From a bacterium (GTDB lineage: Bacteria; SM23-31): 64,000 nucleotides of DNA. Within the stretch, counting starts at the first letter, position 1. The number at the start of each line of letters is the position of its first letter. The stretch lies in NCBI GenBank assembly GCA_965249485.1, contig OZ252239.1, forward strand, positions 3,456,001 through 3,520,000, in the 5' to 3' direction. The notes under the pieces are model-generated. The model had not been told where the DNA came from and made no database searches. It saw only the letters and a list, made by a program, of their open reading frames with translations. This document shows, piece after piece, positions 11,061-20,805 of this stretch. The translations under genes were made by a program, and so were the position numbers.

Positions 11061-11501
11061 TTAATCGTTGGGTTTTACCAGTACATCATCGGCGCTGTCA
11101 ACATGTGATTTCATCACCTCTTTACCGCTGTCGGCAAAATATGATTTCACCCACTCGAGGTCACCCTTGGCCCAGACATAAGCAAATCCTATAACCAGAA
11201 TCGCAAGAAAAACCATCATTTCAACAAAGGCAAACATGCCGAGTCTCTTGTAGACAATTGCCCAGGGAAACAGAAATACTACTTCCACGTCAAAAATGAT
11301 GAATATAAGTGCAATAATATAAAAACGGTTGTTAAATCTGATCCAGGCATGACCGACGGGATCTTCACCGCATTCGTAGGTTAAATATTTCTCATCGGAA
11401 CTTTTTCGGGGATGAATCAACCTCGAGACAATAAGGGCAACGCCTACCATTAAAATGCCGACTAAGAGGAAGATGAAGACATTAAGATATTCGAGTAGCA
11501 T
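11061..11501 (-). CDS. nuoA: NADH-quinone oxidoreductase subunit A
   Basis: YECGEDP, FIIFDVEVVFLFPWA, KGDLEW. Confidence 0.95.
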   Translation of the reverse strand: MLLEYLNVFIFLLVGILMVGVALIVSRLIHPRKSSDEKYLTYECGEDPVGHAWIRFNNRFYIIALIFIIFDVEVVFLFPWAIVYKRLGMFAFVEMMVFLAILVIGFAYVWAKGDLEWVKSYFADSGKEVMKSHVDSADDVLVKPND

Positions 11502-11601
11502 CTGCTTTCAATCGCTATTCAATGAATCACTTTAATCAGTTCAGTTCTTAACCCATCAGGGGCAAATATAGTAACGTATTAGTTAATAGCCACTAACACA
11601 A

Positions 11602-11630
11602 AATGTATTCAATTATTTGAATTAAGTCAA
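11602..11630 (-). promoter_or_regulatory. Sigma-70 type promoter of the nuo operon
   Basis: Minus strand TTGACT-N17-TACATT about 100 nt upstream of nuoA. Confidence 0.55.
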
Positions 11631-11749
11631 GCAAAATTACCTGTGATATATTCAAAAAAAAACGTTATATTTCCTTTGTACATCAATCATTAAAAAACAG
11701 TACAATCCACAAAAACCTCGCAGCACCATAATACAGAATATATAAATAT

Positions 11750-12202
11750 ATGATACCTATAAATAGATTGCACACCTATGACCGCAGCATTACGAGTTGG
11801 ATGGAACGGTATGGAGCCGAATTTCTCAGATACTCACTCGGAATTATATTCATTTGGTTCGGGATATTGAAACTATTCGGTGTCAGTCCCGCTCAATTAC
11901 TCGTCGAAAGGACAGTATATTGGTTTCCGCCTGATTTATTCGTCCAGATTCTCGGATGGTGGGAAGTGGCTATCGGTGTCGGGCTGTTATTTCGCCCTTT
12001 GATCAGGGGAGCGCTCTTTCTTCTCTTTCTTCAACTGCCGGGGACTTTTCTTCCTCTATTGTTGCTCCCTGACGTCTGTTTTGCCGATTTTCCATTTGTT
12101 CTCACCCTTGAAGGACAATACATTATCAAAAATCTTATACTGCTCAGTGCTGGAATTGCCGTTGGCGGGACCGTGAGAAAAAAAGAATTGATCCTGCATT
12201 AG
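11750..12202 (+). CDS. DoxX/YkgB-like inner membrane protein
   Basis: LRYSLGIIFIWFGILK, LTLEGQYIIKNL. Confidence 0.75.
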   Translation: MIPINRLHTYDRSITSWMERYGAEFLRYSLGIIFIWFGILKLFGVSPAQLLVERTVYWFPPDLFVQILGWWEVAIGVGLLFRPLIRGALFLLFLQLPGTFLPLLLLPDVCFADFPFVLTLEGQYIIKNLILLSAGIAVGGTVRKKELILH

Positions 12203-12262
12203 ATACTGATTATTTATAATAATTTACCTGCAATATTTGTTTTACATTATTCGGAGGTTTAC

Positions 12263-12592
12263 GTGAGTGAGGAATCGCACAACATTACGGGATCAGCGGC
12301 CGTTGAATCTCTGATAGAATATCAAAGCGGTTCTGTCGTGAGCAGAATGATCATAAAGAAAAGTACCGGGACGGTCACCCTTTTTGCGTTTGATGCCGGA
12401 GAAGGATTATCGGAACACACAACGAAATATGAAGCGCTCATCACGATCGTCGACGGTTCAGCCGAGATCACTATATCGGGTGCAAAGCATACCGTGTCGA
12501 AAGGTGAACTTATCATTCTTCCTGCAAATGAACCGCACGCACTCCATGCTCCTGAGCGATTCAAAATGGTGCTTACCATGATCAAAGATTGA
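12263..12592 (+). CDS. Cupin domain protein
   Basis: LFAFDAGEGLSEHT, LPANEPHAL; GGAGG RBS before a GTG start. Confidence 0.85.
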   Translation: MSEESHNITGSAAVESLIEYQSGSVVSRMIIKKSTGTVTLFAFDAGEGLSEHTTKYEALITIVDGSAEITISGAKHTVSKGELIILPANEPHALHAPERFKMVLTMIKD

Positions 12593-12740
12593 CGAAATCG
12601 CCCGCCGGTCTCGAACCAAATCTCTTCGGAGAAAAGCCAGCATTACATTCCAATGAGGAAATCGAAAGGTAAATTATTTAAGATTATTTTACTATTCAAT
12701 ATGGATAATTTGAAAACATATTAACCTGAGCGGAAAAGAA

Positions 12741-13748
12741 ATGACAAATATAAGGAGTTATGCAGCGAAAAAAGCTGGCGGACAGCTCGAACAGTATGAA
12801 TATGATCCGGGACAGCTTGGTGGATGGGATATCGAGGTGGACGTATCGCACTGCGGTATTTGCCACAGTGACGTCCATCTGATCGACAATGACTGGGACA
12901 TCAGCACGTACCCCTTCGTGCCGGGACATGAAGTTGTCGGAACGGTTACCATGAAAGGGAAACATGTCGATGTTCTCAAACGCGGAGACCGGGTCGGGAT
13001 CGGCTGGCAGTCAGGTGCATGTTTTTCGTGCGATTACTGTTTGACCGGACGGGAGAATCTCTGCACCCATCAGAAAGCGACGTGTGTCGACCAGTATGGC
13101 GGATTTGCGGACCGAATACGCGTTGACAGCCGGTTTGCATTTAAGATCCCCGACTCGCTCGATTCGGAAACAACTGCTCCCCTGCTCTGCGGTGGGATAA
13201 CTGTCTATTCTCCACTCCGAATTAATGGAGTCATACCACCAATGCATGTCGGCGTTATCGGCATCGGCGGGCTCGGGCACATGGCACTCCAGTTTGCACG
13301 TGCGTTCGGATGTGAAGTAACAGCGTTTTCATCACATTCCGACAAACAGTCTGAAGCAAAACAGTTCGGGGCACATAAATTTATTTCGAGTACTGACTCA
13401 AAAGCGCTCAACAAAGCGAAAAACTCGCTTGATTTTATTATCACGACGGTCTTTGTCGATCTCGATTGGGAAAAATATTTGCAAATTCTGAAACCGGGTG
13501 GAAAATTGTGTGTTGTCGGCAGCCCTCCTCAGCCGATACCGGCATCGGGGCATCAGCTTATTGTGTTCGAACATGGAATTGTCGGCTCAAACACCGGCGG
13601 GCGGTACATGATCCGTGAAATGCTCGAATTTGCTGCCCGGCACAATATCAAAGCCCAAACAGAACCAATGCCGATGTCAGATGCGAATAAAGGAGTTGAA
13701 AGAGTGCGGGATAATGATGCGCGGTATCGGGTGGTGTTGCAGAAATGA
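12741..13748 (+). CDS. Zn-dependent NAD(P)H alcohol dehydrogenase/aldehyde reductase (Ahr/CAD-like)
   Basis: CGICHSD, PGHEVVG, structural-Zn Cys cluster, GIGGLGH, ARYRVVL. Confidence 0.9.
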   Translation: MTNIRSYAAKKAGGQLEQYEYDPGQLGGWDIEVDVSHCGICHSDVHLIDNDWDISTYPFVPGHEVVGTVTMKGKHVDVLKRGDRVGIGWQSGACFSCDYCLTGRENLCTHQKATCVDQYGGFADRIRVDSRFAFKIPDSLDSETTAPLLCGGITVYSPLRINGVIPPMHVGVIGIGGLGHMALQFARAFGCEVTAFSSHSDKQSEAKQFGAHKFISSTDSKALNKAKNSLDFIITTVFVDLDWEKYLQILKPGGKLCVVGSPPQPIPASGHQLIVFEHGIVGSNTGGRYMIREMLEFAARHNIKAQTEPMPMSDANKGVERVRDNDARYRVVLQK

Positions 13749-13846
13749 ATAAAAGTTATTGACGATATTCTTGAGGATCTTAATCGAATTAAATTATATA
13801 GTATTTCAATAATAAAGCAAAATACATAAGACAATTATCTTATATT

Positions 13847-14863
13847 TTACCCACCGATTTGGTACATTTCGATCTTTTTGAGGGAAGACTTTTGCGAGGT
13901 GCTTTGGGAGCGGAATTCGGAGTAGCGGTCGTCTCTCTTTTTCCACACCTTTGTAATTAATTCTATAATTTCTTCATCGGTCGCACCGGCGCGGAGTGGC
14001 CCGCGGAGGTCTGTTCCCTCCGTTCCAAACAGACAGGTAAATAGTCTTCCATCGGTGGCTAACCTGATACGTGCACAGCCACCGCAGAAGGGTTTCGTGA
14101 CAGACGCAATGACACCGATTTCACCCTGTCCATCTTTGAAGCGGTATCTATTCGCAACTTCACCAATATAGTTCGGGTCAACTGGCTCGAGTGGAAATGC
14201 GCTGTTAATAAGTGCGATTATCTCTTCAGCAGGCACAACATGATCGAGGTTCCAGCCGTTCAGGTTTCCGACATCCATATATTCGATGAACCGCATAATG
14301 TGACCTGTTCCCCGGAAATAGCGGACAAGATCGAGCAGTATGTGGTCATTGATTCCACGTTGAACAACGGCATTGATTTTAATCGATGCAAACTCCGCTT
14401 CCTCGGCTGCTTTTATTCCGCTGAGGACACGTTCGACACTGTATTCCCTGCCGTTCATTTTTTTGAATATCTCGTCATCGAGCGAATCGAGGCTGACTGA
14501 AATCCTTGAAAGGCCGGACTGTTTAAGCGATGCTGCAAATTTTGGTAGAAGATAACCGTTTGTCGTGAGTGCCAGATCACCGACATCATCGATTGCCGCA
14601 AGGAGCCCGACGAGGTTTTCGATGTCTTCACGCATGAGCGGTTCGCCTCCGGTCAGGCGGATTTTCCGCATACCGAATCCAGTAAAAATCTTTACAACTC
14701 TGGTGATTTCTTCAAAGGTAAGGATGTCTTGTCTCGGGAGAAACGTGTACTTTTCCCCGTATATATCTGCCGGCATGCAGTAGGGACAACGGAAATTACA
14801 CCGGTCGGTCACTGAAATACGGAGGTCATGCATTGCCCTGCCGCATGTATCGAGTATACTCAT
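13847..14863 (-). CDS. moaA: GTP 3',8-cyclase MoaA
   Basis: LRISVTDRCNFRCPYC radical SAM motif, C-terminal CxxC...C cluster, terminal IGG. Confidence 0.96.
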   Translation of the reverse strand: MSILDTCGRAMHDLRISVTDRCNFRCPYCMPADIYGEKYTFLPRQDILTFEEITRVVKIFTGFGMRKIRLTGGEPLMREDIENLVGLLAAIDDVGDLALTTNGYLLPKFAASLKQSGLSRISVSLDSLDDEIFKKMNGREYSVERVLSGIKAAEEAEFASIKINAVVQRGINDHILLDLVRYFRGTGHIMRFIEYMDVGNLNGWNLDHVVPAEEIIALINSAFPLEPVDPNYIGEVANRYRFKDGQGEIGVIASVTKPFCGGCARIRLATDGRLFTCLFGTEGTDLRGPLRAGATDEEIIELITKVWKKRDDRYSEFRSQSTSQKSSLKKIEMYQIGG

Positions 14864-15076
14864 ATAATTTCAAGTGTAGTGTATTTCATTTGTACGATAT
14901 TTATTACTCAACCGGAAACCGGAAAATATGCTCCGGTATCACAGAACACTTTTTTGCCTTCATGTGTCTGTCGGTGCCTTTAAAACTTCGGTTCCCTTCA
15001 GAGTATAATTATACAGCACAATATACGTGGCTATATGATAAATCCCCTTAACTACATTATTTAAGACAGTATTCTC

Positions 15077-16972
15077 TTATTGAAAAAGCTGCTTTAGAAG
15101 ATTTTTGTGGTTTTTGGTAAAAAATTCTTCCATCCGAAGAGCAAGCTGTTCCGGTGTGAGACCGACAGTTTCGAGAAGTTTTTTTCGAGCACCGTGTACA
15201 ATAAATTTTTCAGGTACGCCTATCTTTAATACGCTTCCTTTGAACTGCTTCAAATCAGCACAACAATTTGCAACCTGTTCACCAAGCCCCCCGCGTAGAA
15301 TATTTTCTTCTACGGTCACAATTACATCATACTGCTCAGCATTTTTTTCGAGAAATTCGGTATCGATCGGCTTAATATATCGGGCATTTACAATCGCCGG
15401 TTTAATTCCACGTGCATGGAGGAAATCAGCAGTTTTCTGCGAAGCGGCAACCATGGTTCCCGAAGCAATGATAAGTAAATCAGTTCCTTCGTTGAGCAGT
15501 TCCCACGAGCCAATAGGCACTGTTTTAAACGGTTCACCCCAGTCAATTGAAGGAACACTATCGCGAGGATACCGGATAGTAAACGGGCCATCGGTGTAGT
15601 TTACTGCAGTGTAGAGAAGATGGCGCAGTTCCGTGCCGTCTTTTGGTGCAGCGATTACCATGCCGGGGATAATTCCCATATAGCCGATATCTAAATTACC
15701 ATGATGAGTCGGGCCGTCTTCGCCCACGAGGCCTGCCCGGTCAAGTGCAAACGTCACCGGGAGACGCTGAATACTCACATCGTGAATGATATGATCGTAT
15801 GCTCGTTGAAGGAAAGTCGAATATATTGCCGCAACCGGTTTCATTCCTTCTGTTGCAAGGCCGCCTGCAAAGGTAACGCCATGCCCTTCAGCAATACCGA
15901 CATCAAAAAACCGGTCAGGAAAAGCGTCGGCAAATTCAACAAGTCCGGTCCCTTCTTTCATTGCAGCAGTGATAGCACACACTTTTTTATCCTGCTTTGC
16001 AAGATCGATCATTGTTCTGCCAAATACGTTTGTATACGCGACCGCAGCGTCAGGGAAAGCTCCCGGTATTTTTGGCGCCTTTACACCGTGATACTTAATC
16101 GGATCTTTTTCCGCATAGTCGCAACCTTTGCCTTTTTGCGTCAGAAAATGGACAATCTGAGGTCCGGGCAGATCCCGAATATTTGAAAGCACATTGACCA
16201 CTTCCTTCAGGTTATGACCGTCAATCGGACCATAATATTTGAATCCGAGATCCTCGAACAACATACCGGGAATTACTAGAGTTTTGAGACTCTCTTCAAA
16301 TTTATGTGCAAGAAGCCGGATAGTTTCGGATTTTGGTATTTTCCCGGTCAGGTCCCAAATCTTTGACCTGATTGATTGATAAACCGGATTTGTTACCATA
16401 TTGACAAGATAGCGGGATATTGCACCAACATTTTTTGAAATCGACATATTATTGTCGTTTAACACAACTGTGATGTCAGTCCCTGCTGCGCCGGCATTGT
16501 TCAGCCCTTCGTACGCCAAACCACCGGTCATTCCTCCATCGCCGATTACAGCAACAACTCTGAATTTCTTCTCGAGTAGATCTCGGGCTTTGGCGATACC
16601 AAGTGCGGAAGAAATTGAGGTACTCGCATGCCCGGCACCGAACACATCATAGGGACTTTCATCGCGCGACAGAAATCCACTGATTCCTTCATACTGGCGG
16701 ATGTTTTTCAGAGCATCCTTTCTGCCGGTAAGAATTTTGTGGACATACCCCTGATGACCAACATCCCAGATAATTTTATCTTCCGGTGCATTAAATATGT
16801 GATGAAGCGCAATCGTAATCTCGGTCACACCGAGACTCGATGCAAAATGGCCGCCTATAGCTGGAATAGTATCTATTATATATTGACGGATCTCTTCAGC
16901 AAGCTCGCACAATTCTTTAACATTTAAGCTTTTGAGATCACTGGGAAATTCTATTTTTGATAAATGAGACAT
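15077..16972 (-). CDS. dxs: 1-deoxy-D-xylulose-5-phosphate synthase
   Basis: WDVGHQ, GHASTSIS, GDG...LNDN, DRAGLVGEDGPTHHG. Confidence 0.97.
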   Translation of the reverse strand: MSHLSKIEFPSDLKSLNVKELCELAEEIRQYIIDTIPAIGGHFASSLGVTEITIALHHIFNAPEDKIIWDVGHQGYVHKILTGRKDALKNIRQYEGISGFLSRDESPYDVFGAGHASTSISSALGIAKARDLLEKKFRVVAVIGDGGMTGGLAYEGLNNAGAAGTDITVVLNDNNMSISKNVGAISRYLVNMVTNPVYQSIRSKIWDLTGKIPKSETIRLLAHKFEESLKTLVIPGMLFEDLGFKYYGPIDGHNLKEVVNVLSNIRDLPGPQIVHFLTQKGKGCDYAEKDPIKYHGVKAPKIPGAFPDAAVAYTNVFGRTMIDLAKQDKKVCAITAAMKEGTGLVEFADAFPDRFFDVGIAEGHGVTFAGGLATEGMKPVAAIYSTFLQRAYDHIIHDVSIQRLPVTFALDRAGLVGEDGPTHHGNLDIGYMGIIPGMVIAAPKDGTELRHLLYTAVNYTDGPFTIRYPRDSVPSIDWGEPFKTVPIGSWELLNEGTDLLIIASGTMVAASQKTADFLHARGIKPAIVNARYIKPIDTEFLEKNAEQYDVIVTVEENILRGGLGEQVANCCADLKQFKGSVLKIGVPEKFIVHGARKKLLETVGLTPEQLALRMEEFFTKNHKNLLKQLFQ

Positions 16973-17097
16973 ATATATTACTTAGATCTAATTAGTCTGT
17001 TGAGCGGAATTCATCGATGCGCAGTTAATCGCGAAAGTAACAAATGAATTAATATATTAAGGACATTATGAAATAGCAATGTAATTTAAATTCACTG

Positions 17098-18258
17098 CTA
17101 TTCGATTTCGATCCATTTTTTATAATAAAAATCGCTTGTTTTGTCGTTATTCAGGTGCTTCATTACTTCGTAAAACCACAGGTCAAACTGCGATTCATGC
17201 TCATCATGTCTTGGAAAAGGATTTTTGTCAGCACCTAATAGCACCCGGCCAATTCGTTCCAGCATGCCAAGAGCAAGTTCTGGTATACCAACATAACGTA
17301 CCCCTTCCAGTTGCATCATTTTGCTCAAAACATAATTCAGTGTCGAGCCACCCGGAATAAAACCTAGTGCACGGGTCCGCATTACCGGGAGGAAAAAATC
17401 AATGATCAACCTGTCAGTATTGTATGCATCTGAGGTCGCATTCTGGATAATAACCTTCGGTAAATGGAGACTCGTCGAATAAGGACCATTTCTACCGTAC
17501 TCTACGGATGAAGGATCACGGCTCACAAAATCCATGCTCCCCCGCCAATCTGCAAATGCTGTTGCTGCTACATTGATACCATTTTGTTCGAGAATATCGG
17601 TAAACTGAACCGCCATATCTCCCATAATAAATTTTGTCGTTTTAATTCTTTTCTCATCGAGCAGCTGAAGCTCCCATTGAAAAAGTCCTTCTTCATCTAC
17701 ATCTTTCACAAATACAGGAGGACTTCCCGGAAGCAGGCCAGAACTTGCTGCTGCTACCGTATTGATATAGACGACATTCTGTGCACCCGCATCTCTAAGA
17801 GCGTTAACTATTTTGTTAAGACTGTCACCCTCAAGTGCAAGACCGTCATTGATCCAACTAAATCTGCTGCCCAAACCGGCTTTTTCTGCACGTTCTTCCA
17901 TTAATCTACCGGTATGGTATCCAACCGACCGGCTTAAATCCCGTGCAATTACGGTAAGGCTACCACTGTTCTGTAATAAATTCAGGACTGCACTCGCAAG
18001 TGCTCCCCCCAAACCGGGGCCGGTTGCACCGGCAAACACAAAGTGGGATTCTTTGATCCAGTTTAGATCGTACCTGTTATCATCGAGTAAACTTTTTTGA
18101 TTAGACCAAATGGAATCAAGCAGTTCTTCCGCGTCTTTGGGATATCGTTCAACATCTTCCTGTGTCGGTCTTGGGATTGCCGGTGCACCTTGTTTTATCC
18201 TCAGACCAGGTGCAGGTTTAGTATACGGGCTTAGACTATTAACTGACATAATGTTCAC
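17098..18258 (-). CDS. Remote FabV/Ter-like enoyl-thioester reductase homolog
   Basis: Collinear motif similarity to FabV/Ter (GATGPGLG, GYHT..MEERAEKAGL, TTKFIMG, TRALGFIP, RHDEHE); see findings. Confidence 0.55.
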   Translation of the reverse strand: MNIMSVNSLSPYTKPAPGLRIKQGAPAIPRPTQEDVERYPKDAEELLDSIWSNQKSLLDDNRYDLNWIKESHFVFAGATGPGLGGALASAVLNLLQNSGSLTVIARDLSRSVGYHTGRLMEERAEKAGLGSRFSWINDGLALEGDSLNKIVNALRDAGAQNVVYINTVAAASSGLLPGSPPVFVKDVDEEGLFQWELQLLDEKRIKTTKFIMGDMAVQFTDILEQNGINVAATAFADWRGSMDFVSRDPSSVEYGRNGPYSTSLHLPKVIIQNATSDAYNTDRLIIDFFLPVMRTRALGFIPGGSTLNYVLSKMMQLEGVRYVGIPELALGMLERIGRVLLGADKNPFPRHDEHESQFDLWFYEVMKHLNNDKTSDFYYKKWIEIE

Positions 18259-18281
18259 CTACCGTAGAAAACAATTTCTTG

Positions 18282-19193
18282 TTATTCTTCCTCGTCGCTC
18301 TCATCATCGACTTTTCCGTCATCTTCTAATTCTTCTTCACTTAAATATCCCCATGTATCTCTCATACTTTTACAATACTCTTCAATTGCATCTACAGATT
18401 CATCAGGAATAGAATACTTCCCGAGATCAGCCTCCCGCTCAGGTTCACCATGAAAATCTGACCCGCCGCTTGTAAGAAGAGATAGCTCAGTTGCAATTTT
18501 TGCTAACTCCTTCTGTTTATCAGGCGAATGTTTCGGATGGACGACTTCCAAACCATCCAAGCCCGCTTCGACAAGACTGCGCACTATTTCATCGGAACAA
18601 CTGATACCCGGATGAGCAACGAATGCTGCCCCTCCTATTGAGTGGATCAGTTCGATGATTTCCGATGCAGTTATCTTATATTTTTCTACATAAACGGGGC
18701 CGTCTCCCCCTAAATATTTCTCGAATGCCTCATTCTGGGAACTAACATGACCGCCGGAAATGAGTGCATCGGCAATATGCGGTCTGCCGATCGGTCTGTT
18801 CCGTGCTATAGAAACAACATCATCAAGCGCAATATGGATCCCGAGTTTTTCCAGTTTCGCAACCATTTCCTGTGCGCGTTGATGGCGGCGCCGTTGAAAC
18901 AAATACAGATAGTCGAGAAATCGTTTGTTGTGGTGCTGGATAAAATAACCGAGAAAATGGATATCCAGTCCTTCGAACTCTCCACTTAATTCAACACCGG
19001 TAACAATTCGTAAGTTAAACATCTGTGCTCTTCGATTCAAGGCATCAACGGCAGCAACACTATCATGGTCGGTAACCGCTATTGTCGACAAGCCATGCTC
19101 CCGCATCTTGTCAAAGAGCTCAATTGGCGACAGGCGCCCATCGGAAATGTTGGTATGTAAATGGAGATCAGCTTTTTTGGATTGTTCTAGCAT
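18282..19193 (-). CDS. PHP-domain phosphoesterase (YciV/TrpH family) with acidic tail
   Basis: DLHLHT..SDG, TDHD, GVELS, GRPHIA, AHPG, GGSDFHG. Confidence 0.9.
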   Translation of the reverse strand: MLEQSKKADLHLHTNISDGRLSPIELFDKMREHGLSTIAVTDHDSVAAVDALNRRAQMFNLRIVTGVELSGEFEGLDIHFLGYFIQHHNKRFLDYLYLFQRRRHQRAQEMVAKLEKLGIHIALDDVVSIARNRPIGRPHIADALISGGHVSSQNEAFEKYLGGDGPVYVEKYKITASEIIELIHSIGGAAFVAHPGISCSDEIVRSLVEAGLDGLEVVHPKHSPDKQKELAKIATELSLLTSGGSDFHGEPEREADLGKYSIPDESVDAIEEYCKSMRDTWGYLSEEELEDDGKVDDESDEEE

Positions 19194-19256
19194 TCAGCAC
19201 ATTTCTTCTTAAGTAATAATGGTTTATTTACTCGTATTTTGATTACATGAAGCAGC

Positions 19257-20759
19257 TTATTTCCAGTCTTTGAGCACTTGTGCACACAACCTGGCTCCGA
19301 CCCCGGTCGGTCCCTTTGGAAGATACGATTTTGCTTTCACGTCCCATGCAGTTCCAGCAATATCGAGATGGACCCATGGCGTTTTTCCAACAAACTTTTT
19401 CAAAAATGCCGCTCCGTATATTGTTCCGCCACCCGGTCCGTTACTGTTCCTTATATCAGCTGTATCGCTTTTTATATGCTCATCAAACTCCGGAAATATT
19501 GGAAGCTCCCATACTTTTTCACCTGTTTTTTCACCTGCATCACTCACCTTTTTCAAAAGAGACGCATTGTTGCCGAGCATTCCGGTTGCATAATGGCTCA
19601 GAGCAATGACAACAGCCCCAGTCAGGGTTGCCAAATCGATGAGTGCGTCGGGTTTATACGTATCGACTGCATAAGCTAGTGCGTCGCACAGTACCAGCCT
19701 CCCTTCGGCATCGGTATTAATGACCTCAACAGTCAGCCCGGAATATGCAGTAATAATATCTCCCGGCTTAATGGCATTTCCACCGGGCATGTTTTCTGCC
19801 GAAGTTATTATACCGACAACATTAACCGGTGGTTTCAATCGGTGAATATGTTTCATGAGGCCTAACACAGCAGCAGCTCCACACATATCGTACTTCATTT
19901 CTTCCATTTTCCTCGATGGCTTAAGAGAAGTACCCCCGGTATCAAAAGTAATACCTTTGCCCACAATTGCTACTGTTTCGGCGTTTTTTTGATTGCATTT
20001 GTATTCAAGAAGGATGAGACGAGGTTCTTTGACACTCCCCTGCGCCACACCAAGGAGCGCATTCATCTTGAGCTCCTTAAGTTTCTTCTCACCAAACACT
20101 GTGCATTTCAATCCATTTTCTTTTGCAAACTGTTTTGCTTCGTCTGCAAGATAATCAGGAGTAACAACGTTGCCCGGATTTGACGCAAGGTCACGTGCGA
20201 AAATCGTACTCTCGGAAAATACCTTGCCTACCTCGATACCGGTGCGAAGTTCTTCAATTTTCATTTTTGAAATATCGAAAAGCTGCATGGAATCAACATG
20301 CGTAATCTTCTTTACGTCTACTGTTTTGAATTTTGTGAATTGGTAGACACTGAGCATTGTACCTTCTACGGCAGCATGGGCTATCTCTCGTTTTAAAACT
20401 TTGGGAGAATCTATTCCTGAGATACAATTAATAAAGCGTTTTATCTTTTTACCTTGAGCAGTTTTTGCCGCGGTACCGAAAGCTTGCCTTGCCTTCTCGA
20501 TATCAAAGTCCCGCTTTTTACCGAGACCGATCAACACTACTCTTTTGACAGGTGATTTGGCAGGGGAATATAACACAAGTGTTTCGTTCAATTCGCCCTT
20601 GAAATCGCGCAATTTAAAGATTTCCTGCAGCCGTTTTCCTGTCACTTTATCAAGCTCTTTAAGCCAGCCATCCGCTGATTTGACCTCCTGAAACAAATAT
20701 ACTGCAAGCAGTTCAGTCCGAAGATTTTCGATCTTACCTGTTTTAACCGATATATCCAT
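19257..20759 (-). CDS. pepA: Leucyl aminopeptidase (M17)
   Basis: VGKGITFDTGG, MKYDM, NTDAEGRL, ATLTGA, HLDIAG. Confidence 0.96.
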   Translation of the reverse strand: MDISVKTGKIENLRTELLAVYLFQEVKSADGWLKELDKVTGKRLQEIFKLRDFKGELNETLVLYSPAKSPVKRVVLIGLGKKRDFDIEKARQAFGTAAKTAQGKKIKRFINCISGIDSPKVLKREIAHAAVEGTMLSVYQFTKFKTVDVKKITHVDSMQLFDISKMKIEELRTGIEVGKVFSESTIFARDLASNPGNVVTPDYLADEAKQFAKENGLKCTVFGEKKLKELKMNALLGVAQGSVKEPRLILLEYKCNQKNAETVAIVGKGITFDTGGTSLKPSRKMEEMKYDMCGAAAVLGLMKHIHRLKPPVNVVGIITSAENMPGGNAIKPGDIITAYSGLTVEVINTDAEGRLVLCDALAYAVDTYKPDALIDLATLTGAVVIALSHYATGMLGNNASLLKKVSDAGEKTGEKVWELPIFPEFDEHIKSDTADIRNSNGPGGGTIYGAAFLKKFVGKTPWVHLDIAGTAWDVKAKSYLPKGPTGVGARLCAQVLKDWK

Positions 20760-20805
20760 AAGAAAATTCTCTGAAGTGTGACCTAAAATTATTAATTAAC
20801 ACTAT

